Virus record (IMG/VR): IMGVR_UViG_2724679238_000012
Span: 1-27,285 of that record
Direction: 5' to 3' (one strand)
Length of the DNA stretch: 27,285 nt
From: a virus
Lineage: Duplodnaviria > Heunggongvirae > Uroviricota > Caudoviricetes
Shown one piece after another: positions 9,051 through 20,170 of the stretch. Position 1 is the first letter of the stretch, and every line of letters begins with the position of its first letter. The position numbers were made by a program, and so were the translations under genes. A model generated the notes under the pieces. It was not told where the DNA came from and did no database searches. It was given only the letters and a program-made list of their open reading frames with translations.

Positions 9051-12000
9051 CTATATTTTTCCGCCTACGCCTTTAAACTTCTCAATAAACGAGACGATTT
9101 TCTGGAAAACTGCCTGTTTTTTCGTTTTATATTGCGGATTTAACGGACTAAGTTTTGGTAATGTTTCGTTTAATTCTGTGCCATTTTCGGTGGCATATTC
9201 GCGTTTTAAAGACGTGCGAATATAGCGTTTTGCTGCCTCTTCATTGAGATTTTCTTCTTTTATCAATGCTTCTGCTTCACGTTGCTGTTCGCGTTGAGCA
9301 AACGTAAAGAATGCGTCAATGATGCTGGCTTTGTCCGGTAAATCATCCAGGTTCGTTTGCTGAATAAAATCGACCACCAGGCCCTCTTTAGCACGGTTCC
9401 CTAGGCTTGAACGAATTAAGCGTTTGACCTCTTCGATCATTTCGCCCTTGCCTTTATTTTGTCTGTTGTGTTCGAAAATCAGTCCAAGGATATAATCCAG
9501 GTTTATTTCCTGAGACTTCAGCAAATCGACCTCAAAAACTACGTCATCCCAGTCAGTGGTTGATTTCTCTTTTTTCTCAGCTTCTTTCTCACGGCGCTGC
9601 CAGTCGCGAATATCGTTATAGGCAGAACGATAATCCTGAATCTTGCGATCAGCAGGGAGACGAATTGTTTGCAATTCAGCGAACTTTTCATCATCCACAT
9701 AATGTTCTGCTTTGAATTTTTCTACCGCAACAGGATCGCTAAGATCGATTTGTTGCAGGGCTTTTAGCGTGGCAAATTCATCATAGTTTTGCAGGATGTT
9801 CTCGGCACGCAGGTATTCGCCAAACAGTTTAACGAAGTCTTTCTTCTCTTTTTCACTTTCAATACTGGTAGGGTCAGGGAACCGTTGTTCCAGTTCTGAA
9901 ACTACTGTCATGAAGCCGCGTTTAGCTTCACCAGTAGCAGCATCAGTAAAGCCTTCCATATACTCTGTATAACTCTTTTCTAACACCACATTTTTGGTGT
10001 TTTTGTCACCAAACAGCGTTATGGCATCAATAGTTGAGCGTTCCAGATCCCGAAAAGTGACGATATTACCGAAGGTTTTAGTTGCATCATAAATACGGTT
10101 GGTGCGGGAAAATGCCTGCATCAGGCCGTGAAAACGCAAGTTTTTATCGACGAATAGCGTGTTCAATGTTGGAGCGTCGAAGCCGGTTAAAAACATCCCA
10201 ACGACAATTAACAGATCGATATCCTGATTTTTAACCCGTTGGGCTAAATCACGATAGTAGTTCTGAAAACCGTTACTGTCGGTGCTAAAGTTAGTTTTAA
10301 AATGGCTGTTATATTCACGAATTGCAGCGTCCAGAAACTCTTTAGCACTGCTGTCCATTGCGCTGGTATCAAAAGTTTCATCGGAAATTTCACCAATGGC
10401 ATTTTGTTCTTCATTGGCGGCAAAGGAGAAGATTGTCGCAATACGCAGCGGTTTATAGGTAGCCGATTTATTAGCGGCTTCTTCTTGTAACCGTTTAAAC
10501 GTCGCATAATAGGCTTTCGCGGCATCCACGCTGCTCACTGCCAACATAGCATTAAAACCTTTTGAGCCAGGGAAGGTACGATGGGTTTTCTGGCGGAAAT
10601 TATTCAGAATATATTGCGTGATTTCCTGAATACGCATGGGATGAAGAAACGCCTGCTGATTTTCAGCCGCACTCAGTTTTTTCTCGTCAGTTTCTGTCTC
10701 TAAAGACTTAAACTGTGGCCGCACATCGTTGTAGTCCACCTTGAATTTGAGCACTTTTTCGTCACGAATCGCATCGGTAATTACATACGAATGCAATTCA
10801 CGACCAAATACGCTGGCGGTTGTTTCTGAGCCTAAGGCGTTTTCCGGGAAAATAGGGGTGCCGGTAAAACCAAACTGATAATAGCGTTTGAATTTCTTCT
10901 TCAGGTTTTTCTGAGCTTCTCCAAACTGGCTGCGGTGGCATTCATCAAATATAAACACCACTTGCTGATTATATACAGGCAGGTCGCTTTCTGCTTTCAT
11001 CAGGTTATTGAGTTTCTGAATAGTAGTGACGATAATTTTGTTATCGTCCTTATCCAGATTTCGTTTAAGGCCTGCGGTATTTTCCGAGCCGTTGACGCTG
11101 TCTGGCGAAAAACGCTGATATTCCTTCATGGTCTGGTAATCGAGGTCTTTCCTGTCGACCACAAAGAAAACTTTATCAATAAAGTCCAGTTCTGTTGCCA
11201 GACGCGCGGCTTTAAAGCTGGTCAGGGTTTTACCGGAACCCGTGGTGTGCCAGATATACCCACCGCTTTCCGGTTTTGACCAGTTCTTCGCTGTAAAGGA
11301 GCTCTTAATTTTCCACAGAATGCGCTCGGTGGCGGCAATCTGGTACGGTCGCATCACCAGTAGCGTCTGACTACTGTCAAAAACGCTGTAGTTCACCAGA
11401 ACATTCAGCAGAGTATGTTTCTGGAAAAAGGTAGCGGTAAAGTCTTTGAGGTCTTTAATCAGCGTGTTGTCTGATTTCGCCCAATTCATGGTGAAGTCAA
11501 AACTGTTTTTATCGCGCTTTGTCGTGTTGGCAAAATAACGGGTATCGGTGCCGTTAGAAATGACAAACAGTTGCAGATACTTAAACAGGGAATTTTCGCT
11601 GTTAAAACTCTCTTTACTGTAACGATGTATCTGGTTGAAAGCCTCACGAATCGCCACCCCGCGTTTTTTTAGTTCGATTTGCACCAGCGGTAAACCATTA
11701 ACCAGGATCGTGACGTCATAACGGTTAGCATGAGAACCCGTCTGTTCAAACTGCTGGATAATCTGCACCTTATTGCGCATGAGATTCTTTTTATCTATCA
11801 AATAGATGTTCTCAAGTCGCTCGTCATCAAAAATAAAGTCGCAAATATAGTCGATATGGATTTTACGGGTCTTATCCAGAATGCCATCGCTCGGGTTGTC
11901 CAGATACTGCTCCGTGAAACGCCGCCACTCGCTGTCATTAAACACCACACCATTGAGGCTCTGAAGCTGTTGTCGAACATTGGCCAGCATCGCCGACTGA

Positions 12001-12212
12001 GATTTTACGGATATAAATTCATAGCCCTGATTTCGCAGGTCCTGAATCAGTTCCTGTTCCAGGTCCGATTCGCTCTGGTAGCTGTCGCCTGTTGGCTCAG
12101 CTTTGATGTACTTATCAAGGACGATAAAGTTATTGGATTCAGCAATGGTGTGTGTTTGATGAGTCATAGCGCATCCTTTGTGCCGTCTGGCAAGGGCCGG
12201 AAGTTCCGGCAC
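9051..12212 (-). CDS. hsdR: Type I restriction enzyme R subunit (HsdR), helicase/endonuclease
   Basis: 1053-aa ORF with Walker A HTTGSGKT and DEAD/DECH box FIFDECH; size and position after hsdM-hsdS. Confidence 0.9.
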   Translation of the reverse strand: MPELPALARRHKGCAMTHQTHTIAESNNFIVLDKYIKAEPTGDSYQSESDLEQELIQDLRNQGYEFISVKSQSAMLANVRQQLQSLNGVVFNDSEWRRFTEQYLDNPSDGILDKTRKIHIDYICDFIFDDERLENIYLIDKKNLMRNKVQIIQQFEQTGSHANRYDVTILVNGLPLVQIELKKRGVAIREAFNQIHRYSKESFNSENSLFKYLQLFVISNGTDTRYFANTTKRDKNSFDFTMNWAKSDNTLIKDLKDFTATFFQKHTLLNVLVNYSVFDSSQTLLVMRPYQIAATERILWKIKSSFTAKNWSKPESGGYIWHTTGSGKTLTSFKAARLATELDFIDKVFFVVDRKDLDYQTMKEYQRFSPDSVNGSENTAGLKRNLDKDDNKIIVTTIQKLNNLMKAESDLPVYNQQVVFIFDECHRSQFGEAQKNLKKKFKRYYQFGFTGTPIFPENALGSETTASVFGRELHSYVITDAIRDEKVLKFKVDYNDVRPQFKSLETETDEKKLSAAENQQAFLHPMRIQEITQYILNNFRQKTHRTFPGSKGFNAMLAVSSVDAAKAYYATFKRLQEEAANKSATYKPLRIATIFSFAANEEQNAIGEISDETFDTSAMDSSAKEFLDAAIREYNSHFKTNFSTDSNGFQNYYRDLAQRVKNQDIDLLIVVGMFLTGFDAPTLNTLFVDKNLRFHGLMQAFSRTNRIYDATKTFGNIVTFRDLERSTIDAITLFGDKNTKNVVLEKSYTEYMEGFTDAATGEAKRGFMTVVSELEQRFPDPTSIESEKEKKDFVKLFGEYLRAENILQNYDEFATLKALQQIDLSDPVAVEKFKAEHYVDDEKFAELQTIRLPADRKIQDYRSAYNDIRDWQRREKEAEKKEKSTTDWDDVVFEVDLLKSQEINLDYILGLIFEHNRQNKGKGEMIEEVKRLIRSSLGNRAKEGLVVDFIQQTNLDDLPDKASIIDAFFTFAQREQQREAEALIKEENLNEEAAKRYIRTSLKREYATENGTELNETLPKLSPLNPQYKTKKQAVFQKIVSFIEKFKGVGGKI

Positions 12213-12273
12213 TTAAAAAATAGTCTATATACAGACCGGATGTTAAGGTGGCCCGGTCGGTAGCAATGGTCAA

Positions 12274-13509
12274 TTAATTACTGACAGTATCAGGTTTCGG
12301 GAAACTGAACAGTAAATCACGATAGTACTCGTATTGTTTCTGGCGCAACTCGATTTCACGCGGGAGCCCCTCGGTGATGGAGTTGGTCAGAGTATCGAAT
12401 TTGTCGAGTATTTCGACAATGCGAGCTTGCCAGGTGAGTGGCGGTACAGGGATTGGGTATTTTATTATATCCTCTTTACTGCCACGCGGCATTTTTGCTC
12501 CTTTAGCATGCTGCATGTTGTATTCAAAGAATTTGTCATCTGCCAAAATATGATATAGATATCTGGTATTTATTGAGCTATCTATACAACGAATAACCAA
12601 TACATCACCATTTGTTCCACCGATACAATCTGCTTGCCAAATTTTTTTCAAATATGGGCGGATATTCCCAATCAGTATATCGTTAGGTATAAACTCTGTT
12701 AATTTACCTGATGTCGGCACATGATTAGATAATGATTTTCCTGCTCTGTTTTGCAGCAGATTATCTACGCCAACATAATTCCTTTTATCAAGTAGTTCGA
12801 AACTAATTTTTGTTTTCGAGTATTGAGCTGCTTCTCCCAAAGTTTTCCACTCAACCTCGCCCTCTTTAAAACTCAACAACTGCTCGCGATAGTAGTTGTA
12901 CTGTTTTTTACGCATGTTAAGCTCTGCTGTCAGCTCTGCTGTCAGGGCGCTGAATGTGTCCAGAATCCGAACGATTTCAGACTGAATGGCAAGGGATTTT
13001 TCCGGATTTTCCGGACAGGGGATAGGGATAATAATTTTCGCCATATCCGATGCAGACACATCAATTACTTTAGTTCCCTTGGAGTATTTCCTTTTCTCAT
13101 TTGCAAAAGAATCCGTTTGCGTGAAATAGGCAAAGTATTTCCCAATAATAGTGCTATTTGGCTTGAAAATAGTTGCATGGCCACCAGTAACAGCTTGCTC
13201 TTTACCTAGATAAACAAGCGCCTTACCAACATCAGTAAAATTTTCGCTTGTGTTAGTAATAACAACATCACCAGAGTTAACCTTTTTAAGCTTCTTCGCC
13301 GTTTCATGGGAAACAAATGACTTTGTTGTTTCAGTAGATAATCCGTAAAAAGTATATATCTGACCATAGTGTATGGCAGGAACCCCTGATTCGGTAAAAT
13401 CAGACTTAGGCAATCCATTTCCACGAACTAATTCACCTAGTTTCCCCAATGGCAACCACTCAACCTCAACCCCATCCGGCAATTTTTCCAGATAACTCAA
13501 CTCGCTCAT
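12274..13509 (-). CDS. hsdS: Type I restriction-modification specificity subunit (HsdS), two target-recognition domains
   Basis: 411-aa ORF; conserved central and C-terminal repeats ([24 protein letters not shown] and [20 protein letters not shown]); ATGA overlap with hsdM. Confidence 0.85.
   Translation of the reverse strand: MSELSYLEKLPDGVEVEWLPLGKLGELVRGNGLPKSDFTESGVPAIHYGQIYTFYGLSTETTKSFVSHETAKKLKKVNSGDVVITNTSENFTDVGKALVYLGKEQAVTGGHATIFKPNSTIIGKYFAYFTQTDSFANEKRKYSKGTKVIDVSASDMAKIIIPIPCPENPEKSLAIQSEIVRILDTFSALTAELTAELNMRKKQYNYYREQLLSFKEGEVEWKTLGEAAQYSKTKISFELLDKRNYVGVDNLLQNRAGKSLSNHVPTSGKLTEFIPNDILIGNIRPYLKKIWQADCIGGTNGDVLVIRCIDSSINTRYLYHILADDKFFEYNMQHAKGAKMPRGSKEDIIKYPIPVPPLTWQARIVEILDKFDTLTNSITEGLPREIELRQKQYEYYRDLLFSFPKPDTVSN
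12921..12944. repeat. Two tandem copies of a 12-bp repeat (gctctgctgtca) encoding TAEL-TAEL in the HsdS central conserved region
   Basis: Seen directly in sequence and in the HsdS translation; the EcoR124I/II family is known to differ by copy number of this repeat. Confidence 0.8.
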
Positions 13510-15068
13510 TTCGGCACCTCGCAGCCTTCAATTTCAGCCACAATCGCATCAATATCTTTACGCAACTGGTCGATTTTGCTGACCGTGGTTTTCAGTTCTG
13601 CATTCAACTCAGCGATATCGATAATTTCGCGAGTATCTTTCGCTTCCACATAGCTGCTCACCGACAGGTTATAGTCATTAGCGACAACAGCCTCAAACGT
13701 GACAGATTTTGCCAGATGAGCAACATCTTCCTTGCTGGAAAATACCTGCATAATTTTTTCGATATGGGCATCGGTCAGGATGTTGTTGTTAGTCTCTTTT
13801 TTGAACAGTTCGCTGGCGTCAATAAACTGAACGTTGGTATCCGTTTTATGTTTAGACAGCACCAGAATATTTACGGCAATGGTGGTGCCAAAGAACAGGT
13901 TCGGTGCCAGTGAAATCACGGTTTCGACATAGTTATTGTCGACCAGATACTGACGGATTTTCTGCTCTGCGCCGCCACGGTAAAAAATACCCGGGAAGCA
14001 GACAATCGCAGCACGACCTTTGGCCGAAAGATAGTTCAGCGCATGTAATACAAACGCAAAGTCAGCTTTGGATTTGGGGGCCAGAACGCCAGCTGGGGCA
14101 AAACGCTCATCGTTAATCAGCGTCGGGTCATCGCTGCCAATCCATTTCACCGAATACGGCGGGTTAGAGACGATGGCATCAAACGGTTTTTCATCTCTGA
14201 AGTGCGGTTCAGTCAGCGTATTGCCCAGCTTGATATCAAACTTGTCGTAGTTGATGTTGTGCAAAAACATGTTCATACGTGCCAGGTTATAGGTCGTATG
14301 GTTGATTTCCTGTCCGAAAAAGCCTTCTTCAATGATATGGTTATCAAACTGCTTTTTAGCCTGCAACAACAGCGAACCGGAACCCGCGGCCGGGTCGTAG
14401 ATTTTGTTAACGTGGGTCTGCCCGTGCATAGCCAGTTGTGCAATCAGCTTGGAGACGTGCTGCGGTGTAAAGAACTCACCGCCTGACTTACCGGCATTTG
14501 CCGCATAGTTAGAAATCAGGAACTCATAGGCATCACCGAACAGGTCAATCTGATGTTCATTGAAGTCACCAAGGTTTAACCCTTCGACCCCTTTCAGAAC
14601 CGCAGCCAGGCGGGCATTTTTATCCTTAACGGTGTTACCCAGGCGGTTACTGGTTGTATCAAAATCAGCAAACAAACCTTTGATGTCAGCTTCTGAAGGG
14701 TAACCGTAAGCAGAGCTTTCGATAGCAACGAAGATACTATTTAAATCTGCATTCAGTCTGTCATTGGTATTTGCTTTCGCCGCTACGTTGCAGAAAAGCT
14801 GACTGGGGTAGATGAAGTAGCCTTTGGTTCTGATGGCATCGTCTTTAATGTCATCAGTAATAATGCCGTCATCAAGTGCCGCATAACAGATGCTGTCATC
14901 ACCATTTTCCATATAACTGGAAAAATTTTCGCTGATAAAACGGTAGAAAAGTGCGCCCAGAACGTATTGCTTAAAATCCCATCCATCGACCGAACCCCTG
15001 ACATCGTTAGCAATTTGCCAGATTTGACGATGAAGCTCTGCACGTTGTTGAATACTTGTCATTTTCAT
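13506..15068 (-). CDS. hsdM: Type I RM N6-adenine DNA methyltransferase subunit (HsdM)
   Basis: 520-aa ORF; motif [11 protein letters not shown] and motif IV NPPY (NPPYSVKW). Confidence 0.9.
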   Translation of the reverse strand: MKMTSIQQRAELHRQIWQIANDVRGSVDGWDFKQYVLGALFYRFISENFSSYMENGDDSICYAALDDGIITDDIKDDAIRTKGYFIYPSQLFCNVAAKANTNDRLNADLNSIFVAIESSAYGYPSEADIKGLFADFDTTSNRLGNTVKDKNARLAAVLKGVEGLNLGDFNEHQIDLFGDAYEFLISNYAANAGKSGGEFFTPQHVSKLIAQLAMHGQTHVNKIYDPAAGSGSLLLQAKKQFDNHIIEEGFFGQEINHTTYNLARMNMFLHNINYDKFDIKLGNTLTEPHFRDEKPFDAIVSNPPYSVKWIGSDDPTLINDERFAPAGVLAPKSKADFAFVLHALNYLSAKGRAAIVCFPGIFYRGGAEQKIRQYLVDNNYVETVISLAPNLFFGTTIAVNILVLSKHKTDTNVQFIDASELFKKETNNNILTDAHIEKIMQVFSSKEDVAHLAKSVTFEAVVANDYNLSVSSYVEAKDTREIIDIAELNAELKTTVSKIDQLRKDIDAIVAEIEGCEVPK

Positions 15069-15199
15069 CCACTTATTTCAGGCTTATGTAATTGGCGGTG
15101 ATTCTACAGCAACTTGGATGCTTTAGCAGTTCGGACATTAGGCTACGAATGACCTGCCTAGAGGTTTGTTAAGCCGCAAAGTGCTGGTGCTTTATGCCT

Positions 15200-15240
15200 G
15201 TGAAGTTTATAATTGTGTACACATAACGAGTACACGAGGT
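15200..15240 (+). promoter_or_regulatory. phd-doc promoter/operator: TATAAT-like -10 overlapping palindromes TGTGTACACA and GAGTACAC
   Basis: aagtttataattgtgtacacataacgagtacacgagg directly upstream of phd; the Phd/Doc-autoregulated operator of P1 contains these palindromic sites (from memory). Confidence 0.65.
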
Positions 15241-15244
15241 ATTT

Positions 15245-15466
15245 ATGCAATCCATTAACTTCCGTACCGCGCGCGGCAACCTTTCTGAAGTGCTCAACAA
15301 TGTTGAGGCCGGGGAAGAGGTTGAAATCACCCGCAGAGGCCGTGAGCCAGCAGTAATTGTCAGCAAGGCTACTTTCGAAGCCTACAAAAAAGCGGCGCTG
15401 GATGCTGAATTTGCATCCCTGTTTGACACCCTGGACTCCACCAACAAGGAACTGGTTAACCGATAA
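15245..15466 (+). CDS. phd: Phd antitoxin (prevent host death)
   Basis: 73-aa product [41 protein letters not shown]... recognised as P1 Phd; stop overlaps doc start. Confidence 0.95.
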   Translation: MQSINFRTARGNLSEVLNNVEAGEEVEITRRGREPAVIVSKATFEAYKKAALDAEFASLFDTLDSTNKELVNR

Positions 15467-15846
15467 TGAGGCATATATCACCGGAAGAACTTATTGCGCT
15501 TCATGATGCGAATATAAACCGCTACGGCGGCCTGCCGGGAATGTCAGATCCGGGTAGGGCAGAGGCCATTATCGGGAGAGTTCAGGCCAGAGTTGCCTAC
15601 GAAGAGATCACCGACCTTTTCGAAGTCTCCGCCACCTACCTGGTGGCTACAGCGAGAGGGCATATATTCAATGATGCCAATAAGCGTACCGCGCTAAACA
15701 GTGCGCTGTTATTTCTACGCCGTAACGGGGTGCAGGTATTTGATTCACCTGAACTGGCAGACCTTACCGTAGGGGCTGCGACCGGAGAGATATCTGTATC
15801 TTCTGTCGCCGACACGTTACGTAGATTGTATGGTTCCGCGGAGTAG
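15466..15846 (+). CDS. doc: Doc toxin (death on curing; Fic-fold kinase)
   Basis: 126-aa product recognised as P1 Doc; immediately follows phd with overlapping stop/start. Confidence 0.95.
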   Translation: MRHISPEELIALHDANINRYGGLPGMSDPGRAEAIIGRVQARVAYEEITDLFEVSATYLVATARGHIFNDANKRTALNSALLFLRRNGVQVFDSPELADLTVGAATGEISVSSVADTLRRLYGSAE

Positions 15847-15850
15847 ATTA

Positions 15851-16030
15851 ATGGCACGTAAATACAACAAATTGTCCTGTGAAGCGTTAAAGATGCTTCT
15901 TGATGGCGTGAGTCGCCGCGAGGTAAAGCAATACCTGGTTGGTAAGCAAATTGGTGCTAGGACCGCTATTGCTGTGTTATGCCGTCAGGAAATGGTTGTG
16001 CTTAAACAGAGAATGCCGGGCAGCAGATAA
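15851..16030 (+). CDS. Small post-doc protein (position of P1 pdcA; identity unverified)
   Basis: ORF track 15830..16030; I prefer ATG at 15851 with GGAG 8 nt upstream (MARKYNKLSCEALK...). Confidence 0.4.
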   Translation: MARKYNKLSCEALKMLLDGVSRREVKQYLVGKQIGARTAIAVLCRQEMVVLKQRMPGSR

Positions 16031-16057
16031 AGCCCAATCAGTGATGAAAGGTGTGAT

Positions 16058-17101
16058 GTGAAAGCCGTAATTACTCCCTTTGTACAAAAAGAGCTTGGCC
16101 TCGCCACGTTCAAAGTGGATCAGGAGGTCAGAAAGCTGGTGGAGGCTGGCCGTAAATTTATTATGGAGCCGGTGCCGCGTGAGTTAATCGAGCACATGGA
16201 AGACGGCCTCGTTATTACCGAGCAAACCATGGCAACAAATGAGGCGTTGCAGCCGTTTTTTAACAGCGATGAACTGTTTCGCCGTATTGGTGGAATTGAC
16301 GCGCTGGTGGCGTGGTTGCGTAGGAAAGAGGGTCAATGCCAGGCCGCAGATCGTAGTTGGTGTGACAACCATATTGTCCACGCTGAACGAGACAATAGCG
16401 CGGTGTTGTTGTGCTGGCATCACGATAACCATTACCGGATGCGTGGTTTTAATGAGCTGAAAGAAACGCTGCACAATAATCGCGTTAACTGGATACTGGA
16501 TGTCGCCCGTCAGGAAATGGGCCTTTCAAATAGCCATGATTTAAGTATTCAGGAGCTGTGCTGGTGGGCTTTCATGCGCAACATGATGCACCTGATGCCA
16601 GAAGAAGTCTGCCGCATATCAATAAATAAGATGAAGGCTACTCCGCAGGATAGCGGACCTCTGAAAGAGGCGGATATTCGCCCGTATGACGATCGCGCTA
16701 CAGCATATGTTCAGATGATGGAAGAACGCGCCGCGCCGATGCGTGCAAAAGTATGCCCTGTGGATGTTGACTCCGACCCAGGTATGGCGCATTTCAAAAT
16801 ACCAAAACTTCAATCGCTAAAATTGCCCGAGTACATGGACTTTGTGGCTTCCCGTCCATGCTGTGGGTGTGGAGCTGCGGGAGCTGGCGCTCACATTACG
16901 CCTTATATCGTTCGTCATAGTCGATTATGCGCGCATGACATTTATGCTATTCCTCTGTGCCAGTCATGCCAGCGTGATATTGAGCGTGACCGCGATAATT
17001 GGGAGAAGACGCACGGTAGGCTGGCGATGCATCAACGATTGTTCTTTGATTACGCGCTTGGAGTCGGCGCTATCACAAGTCACTCGTCGAGCGTTAGATA
17101 A
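16058..17101 (+). CDS. Cys-rich hypothetical protein (position of P1 pdcB; identity unverified)
   Basis: 347-aa ORF with GTG start; C-terminal CCGCG...LCAHD...CQSCQ cysteine cluster. Confidence 0.55.
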   Translation: MKAVITPFVQKELGLATFKVDQEVRKLVEAGRKFIMEPVPRELIEHMEDGLVITEQTMATNEALQPFFNSDELFRRIGGIDALVAWLRRKEGQCQAADRSWCDNHIVHAERDNSAVLLCWHHDNHYRMRGFNELKETLHNNRVNWILDVARQEMGLSNSHDLSIQELCWWAFMRNMMHLMPEEVCRISINKMKATPQDSGPLKEADIRPYDDRATAYVQMMEERAAPMRAKVCPVDVDSDPGMAHFKIPKLQSLKLPEYMDFVASRPCCGCGAAGAGAHITPYIVRHSRLCAHDIYAIPLCQSCQRDIERDRDNWEKTHGRLAMHQRLFFDYALGVGAITSHSSSVR

Positions 17102-17189
17102 AATTGCCCTAATGTATTGCCATTTCTTTAATTGAGGGTATTATATTCCACGTTGATTAGTTGACATGGGCTAATCAGTAGGTGACAGG

Positions 17190-17657
17190 ATGTTACTTAA
17201 CTGGCAGGGACGCCACTTCATGGAAATAAATCACTCACGAATAACATCGTACGAGATTGCGGATTACATGATCCGCACTAAATCTCTTCTATCAGCGAAA
17301 GAACTCGCAGCAATTCTTGAAAAGGAATACCCGCATCTGGATGTCGATAAGCGCGATGTTTATCTGCGCTTAAAGGCTATCGCTGTGTCTAAGCATTCGT
17401 CTGTTTTGATTGATGACAGTACACGCCCACGTAGATTTCAGATCCACTCTCTGAATCCTGAATTCTTTCGCCGCAGCCGCGCTCCGCGCCGGTTTGATGA
17501 AAAACTCCAGAACGAACTCTATATGACGCAGGACGAAAAGGAACGCCGGGAGCACCAGCCTTGGGTGATGGCGCGTCAACTTTTCAATAAGGTGGTCCGT
17601 CAGCACCGTCATTACCCAGTGCGCCGTAAAGCCCCTTCCTTCCGGTCGGGGATATAA
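17190..17657 (+). CDS. lpa: Probable Lpa (late promoter activator) by position; start may be the Met at 17220
   Basis: 155-aa basic protein between the pdc genes and pacA as in the P1 gene order; a weak C1-operator-like site (aaattgccctaatgtattg) lies upstream at about 17103-17119. Sequence identity to Lpa not verifiable from memory. Confidence 0.45.
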   Translation: MLLNWQGRHFMEINHSRITSYEIADYMIRTKSLLSAKELAAILEKEYPHLDVDKRDVYLRLKAIAVSKHSSVLIDDSTRPRRFQIHSLNPEFFRRSRAPRRFDEKLQNELYMTQDEKERREHQPWVMARQLFNKVVRQHRHYPVRRKAPSFRSGI

Positions 17658-17659
17658 GG

Positions 17660-18960
17660 CGCGGTTTTCCACCTGGCTTTTTTTGTTTAAAATAGTGGGA
17701 TGAAACGACTACAAGCATTTAAATTCCAGTTAAGACCAGGTGGTCAACAGGAGCGTCAAATGAGGCGCTTTGCCGGAGCTTGTCGTTTCGTTTTCAATCG
17801 TGCCCTGGCACTTCAGAATGAGAATCATGAAGCCGGGAACAAATATATTCATTATGCAAAGATGACTTCCTGGCTGGTTGAATGGAAAAATGCTACTGAA
17901 ACGCAATGGCTTAAAGATTCGCCATCACAGCCATTGCAACAGTCACTGAAAGACCTTGAGCGGGCTTACAAAAACTTCTTCCAGAATCGGGCTGCTTTTC
18001 CCCGATTCAAAAAGCGGGGACAGAATGATGCATTCCGCTACCCGCAGGGCGTTAAGCTCGATCAGGAAAACAGCCGTATTTTTCTGCCGAAACTTGGCTG
18101 GATGCGCTACCGGAACAGCCGTCAAGTCACGGGCGTTGTGAAAAATGTCACGGTCAGCCAGTCCTGCGGTAAGTGGTACATCAGTATTCAGACAGAAAGT
18201 GAAGTATCAACTCCGGTTCACCCTTCAGCATCAATGGTCGGGCTGGATGCTGGCGTGGCTAAACTCGCCACGCTGTCAGATGGCACAGTCTTTGAGCCTG
18301 TAAACAGTTTTCAGAAAAACCAGAAGACGCTGGCGAGACTTCAGCGGCAGTTAAGCCGCAAGGTCAAATTCAGCAATAACTGGCAGAAGCAGAAACGCAA
18401 AATACAGCGACTGCATTTCCGTATCGCAAATATCCGCAGGGACTACCTTCACAAAGTCACAACGACCGTCAGCAAAAACCACGCAATGATTGTCATTGAG
18501 GATTTGAAGGTTAAAAACATGGCAAAGTCAGCAGCGGGTACGGTCAGCCAGCCGGGGCGCAATGTCCGGACAAAATCAGGTTTAAACCGTTCGATACTGG
18601 ATCAGGGCTGGTATGAAATGCGCCGCCAGCTTGAGTACAAGCAGCTCTGGCGTGGCGGTCAGGTACTGGCTGTTCCGCCAGCGTACACAAGCCAGCGTTG
18701 CGCGTGCTGTGGTCATACAGCGAAAGAAAATCGCCTGTCACAAAGTAAATTCAGATGCCAGGTATGTGGATATACAGCGAACGCCGATGTAAATGGCGCT
18801 CGTAACATTTTAGCGGCGGGGCACGCCGTACTTGCCTGTAGAGGGATGGTGCAGTCAGGCCGCCCGTTGAAGCAGGAACCAGACGCTGAGCAATCAGCCG
18901 TCACCCGCTAATGGGAATCCCCCTCCTGAGTCACGAAGTGCGACGGTGGGGGAGGATGTC
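17660..18960 (+). mobile_element. Probable IS200/IS605-family element remnant carrying tnpB only (no tnpA), with imperfect hairpin just 3' of tnpB
   Basis: No HuH/Y1 transposase ORF adjacent; imperfect inverted repeat atccccctcct...ggtgggggaggat at 18917-18957 immediately after the tnpB stop. Boundaries are approximate. Confidence 0.4.
17700..18911 (+). CDS. tnpB: IS200/IS605-family TnpB (OrfB) RNA-guided nuclease-like protein
   Basis: 403-aa ORF; Ruv[17 protein letters not shown], Ruv[14 protein letters not shown], zinc finger CACCGH...CQVCGY, Ruv[14 protein letters not shown]; resembles E. coli IS609-type InsQ. Confidence 0.85.
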   Translation: MKRLQAFKFQLRPGGQQERQMRRFAGACRFVFNRALALQNENHEAGNKYIHYAKMTSWLVEWKNATETQWLKDSPSQPLQQSLKDLERAYKNFFQNRAAFPRFKKRGQNDAFRYPQGVKLDQENSRIFLPKLGWMRYRNSRQVTGVVKNVTVSQSCGKWYISIQTESEVSTPVHPSASMVGLDAGVAKLATLSDGTVFEPVNSFQKNQKTLARLQRQLSRKVKFSNNWQKQKRKIQRLHFRIANIRRDYLHKVTTTVSKNHAMIVIEDLKVKNMAKSAAGTVSQPGRNVRTKSGLNRSILDQGWYEMRRQLEYKQLWRGGQVLAVPPAYTSQRCACCGHTAKENRLSQSKFRCQVCGYTANADVNGARNILAAGHAVLACRGMVQSGRPLKQEPDAEQSAVTR

Positions 18961-18976
18961 AAGAAAGGAAGCATAA

Positions 18977-20170
18977 GTGACCTGGGACGATCACAAGAAG
19001 AATTTTGCTCGCCTGGCGCGAGATGGTGGTTACACCATCGCACAATATGCCGCCGAGTTTAATCTCAACCCAAACACCGCACGTCGTTATCTCCGTGCCT
19101 TCAAAGAAGACACCAGGACTGCGGACAGCCGCAAGCCAAATAAGCCAGTCAGGAAGCCACTAAAAAGCATGATCATTGATCACTCTAATGATCAACATGC
19201 AGGTGATCATATTGCGGCTGAAATAGCGGAAAAACAAAGAGTTAATGCCGTTGTCAGTGCCGCAGTCGAGAATGCGAAGCGCCAAAATAAGCGCATAAAT
19301 GATCGTTCAGATGATCATGACGTGATCACCCGCGCCCACCGGACCTTACGTGATCGCCTGGAACGCGACACCCTGGATGATGATGGTGAACGCTTTGAAT
19401 TCGAAGCTGGCGATTACCTGATAGATAACGTTGAAGCGCGGAAGGCCGCGCGCGCTATGTTGCGTCGGTCCGGGGCCGATGTTCTGGAAACCACTCTTCT
19501 TGAAAAGTCTCTTTCTCATCTCCTTATGCTGGAGAACGCCAGGGATACGTGTATTCGCCTGGTGCAGGAAATGCGCGATCAGCAAAAAGACGATGATGAA
19601 GGTACTCCGCCTGAATACCGTATCGCGAGCATGCTAAACAGCTGTTCCGCGCAGATAAGCAGCCTGATCAACACCATTTACAGCATCCGGAATAACTATC
19701 GAAAAGAAAGCCGGGAGGCGGAAAAGCACGCTTTGTCTATGGGGCAAGCTGGCATTGTTAAGCTGGCATACGAACGAAAGCGTGAAAATAACTGGTCAGT
19801 GCTGGAAGCAGCTGAATTCATCGAGGCGCATGGCGGGAAAGTGCCGCCCCTGATGCTGGAGCAAATCAAAGCCGATCTGCGTGCTCCTAAGACCAATACC
19901 GATGATGAGGAAAACCAAACAGCATCTGGCGCTCCATCACTTGAAGATCTGGATAAAATCGCGCGAGAACGGGCCGCCAGCCGCCGCGCTGATGCCGCAT
20001 TGTGGATTGAGCAACGTAGAGAAGAAATTGCCGATATCGTCGATACAGGTGGTTATGGTGATGTCGATGCGGAAGGCATATCAAACGAAGCATGGCTTGA
20101 ACAGGATCTGGACGAAGACGAGGAGGAAGACGAAGAAGTTACCCGCAAACTGTACGGGGATGATGATTAA
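18977..20170 (+). CDS. pacA: PacA, terminase small subunit (pac-recognition component)
   Basis: 397-aa product with GTG start; contains the pac site; size and sequence consistent with P1 PacA. Confidence 0.9.
19168..19330. other. pac packaging site: 4 + 3 clustered TGATCA-type hexamers (7 GATC Dam sites) flanking the cleavage region
   Basis: GATC at 19171, 19178, 19190, 19205 and at 19301, 19313, 19324, all in TGATCA/TGATCG context, inside pacA. Confidence 0.85.

Noticed and set aside
10244-14486. Numerous 60-180-aa ORFs on the plus strand within hsdR/hsdS/hsdM (for example 11730..12263, 12823..13209, 13449..13913, 14202..14486)
   Set aside because: All are antisense overlaps inside long, motif-supported genes; no RBS or independent support.
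9051-15068. Whether the restriction-modification genes are the type III EcoP1I res/mod expected for P1
   Set aside because: The three ORFs have type I features (HsdR with Walker A and DECH, two-TRD HsdS with TAEL repeat, HsdM with NPPY) and the M-S-R arrangement, not the two-gene mod/res type III layout.
17190-17657. 155-aa ORF upstream of tnpB as a possible IS200/IS605 TnpA
   Set aside because: No HuH (His-hydrophobic-His) or catalytic Tyr arrangement typical of Y1 transposases; position between the pdc genes and pacA fits Lpa better.
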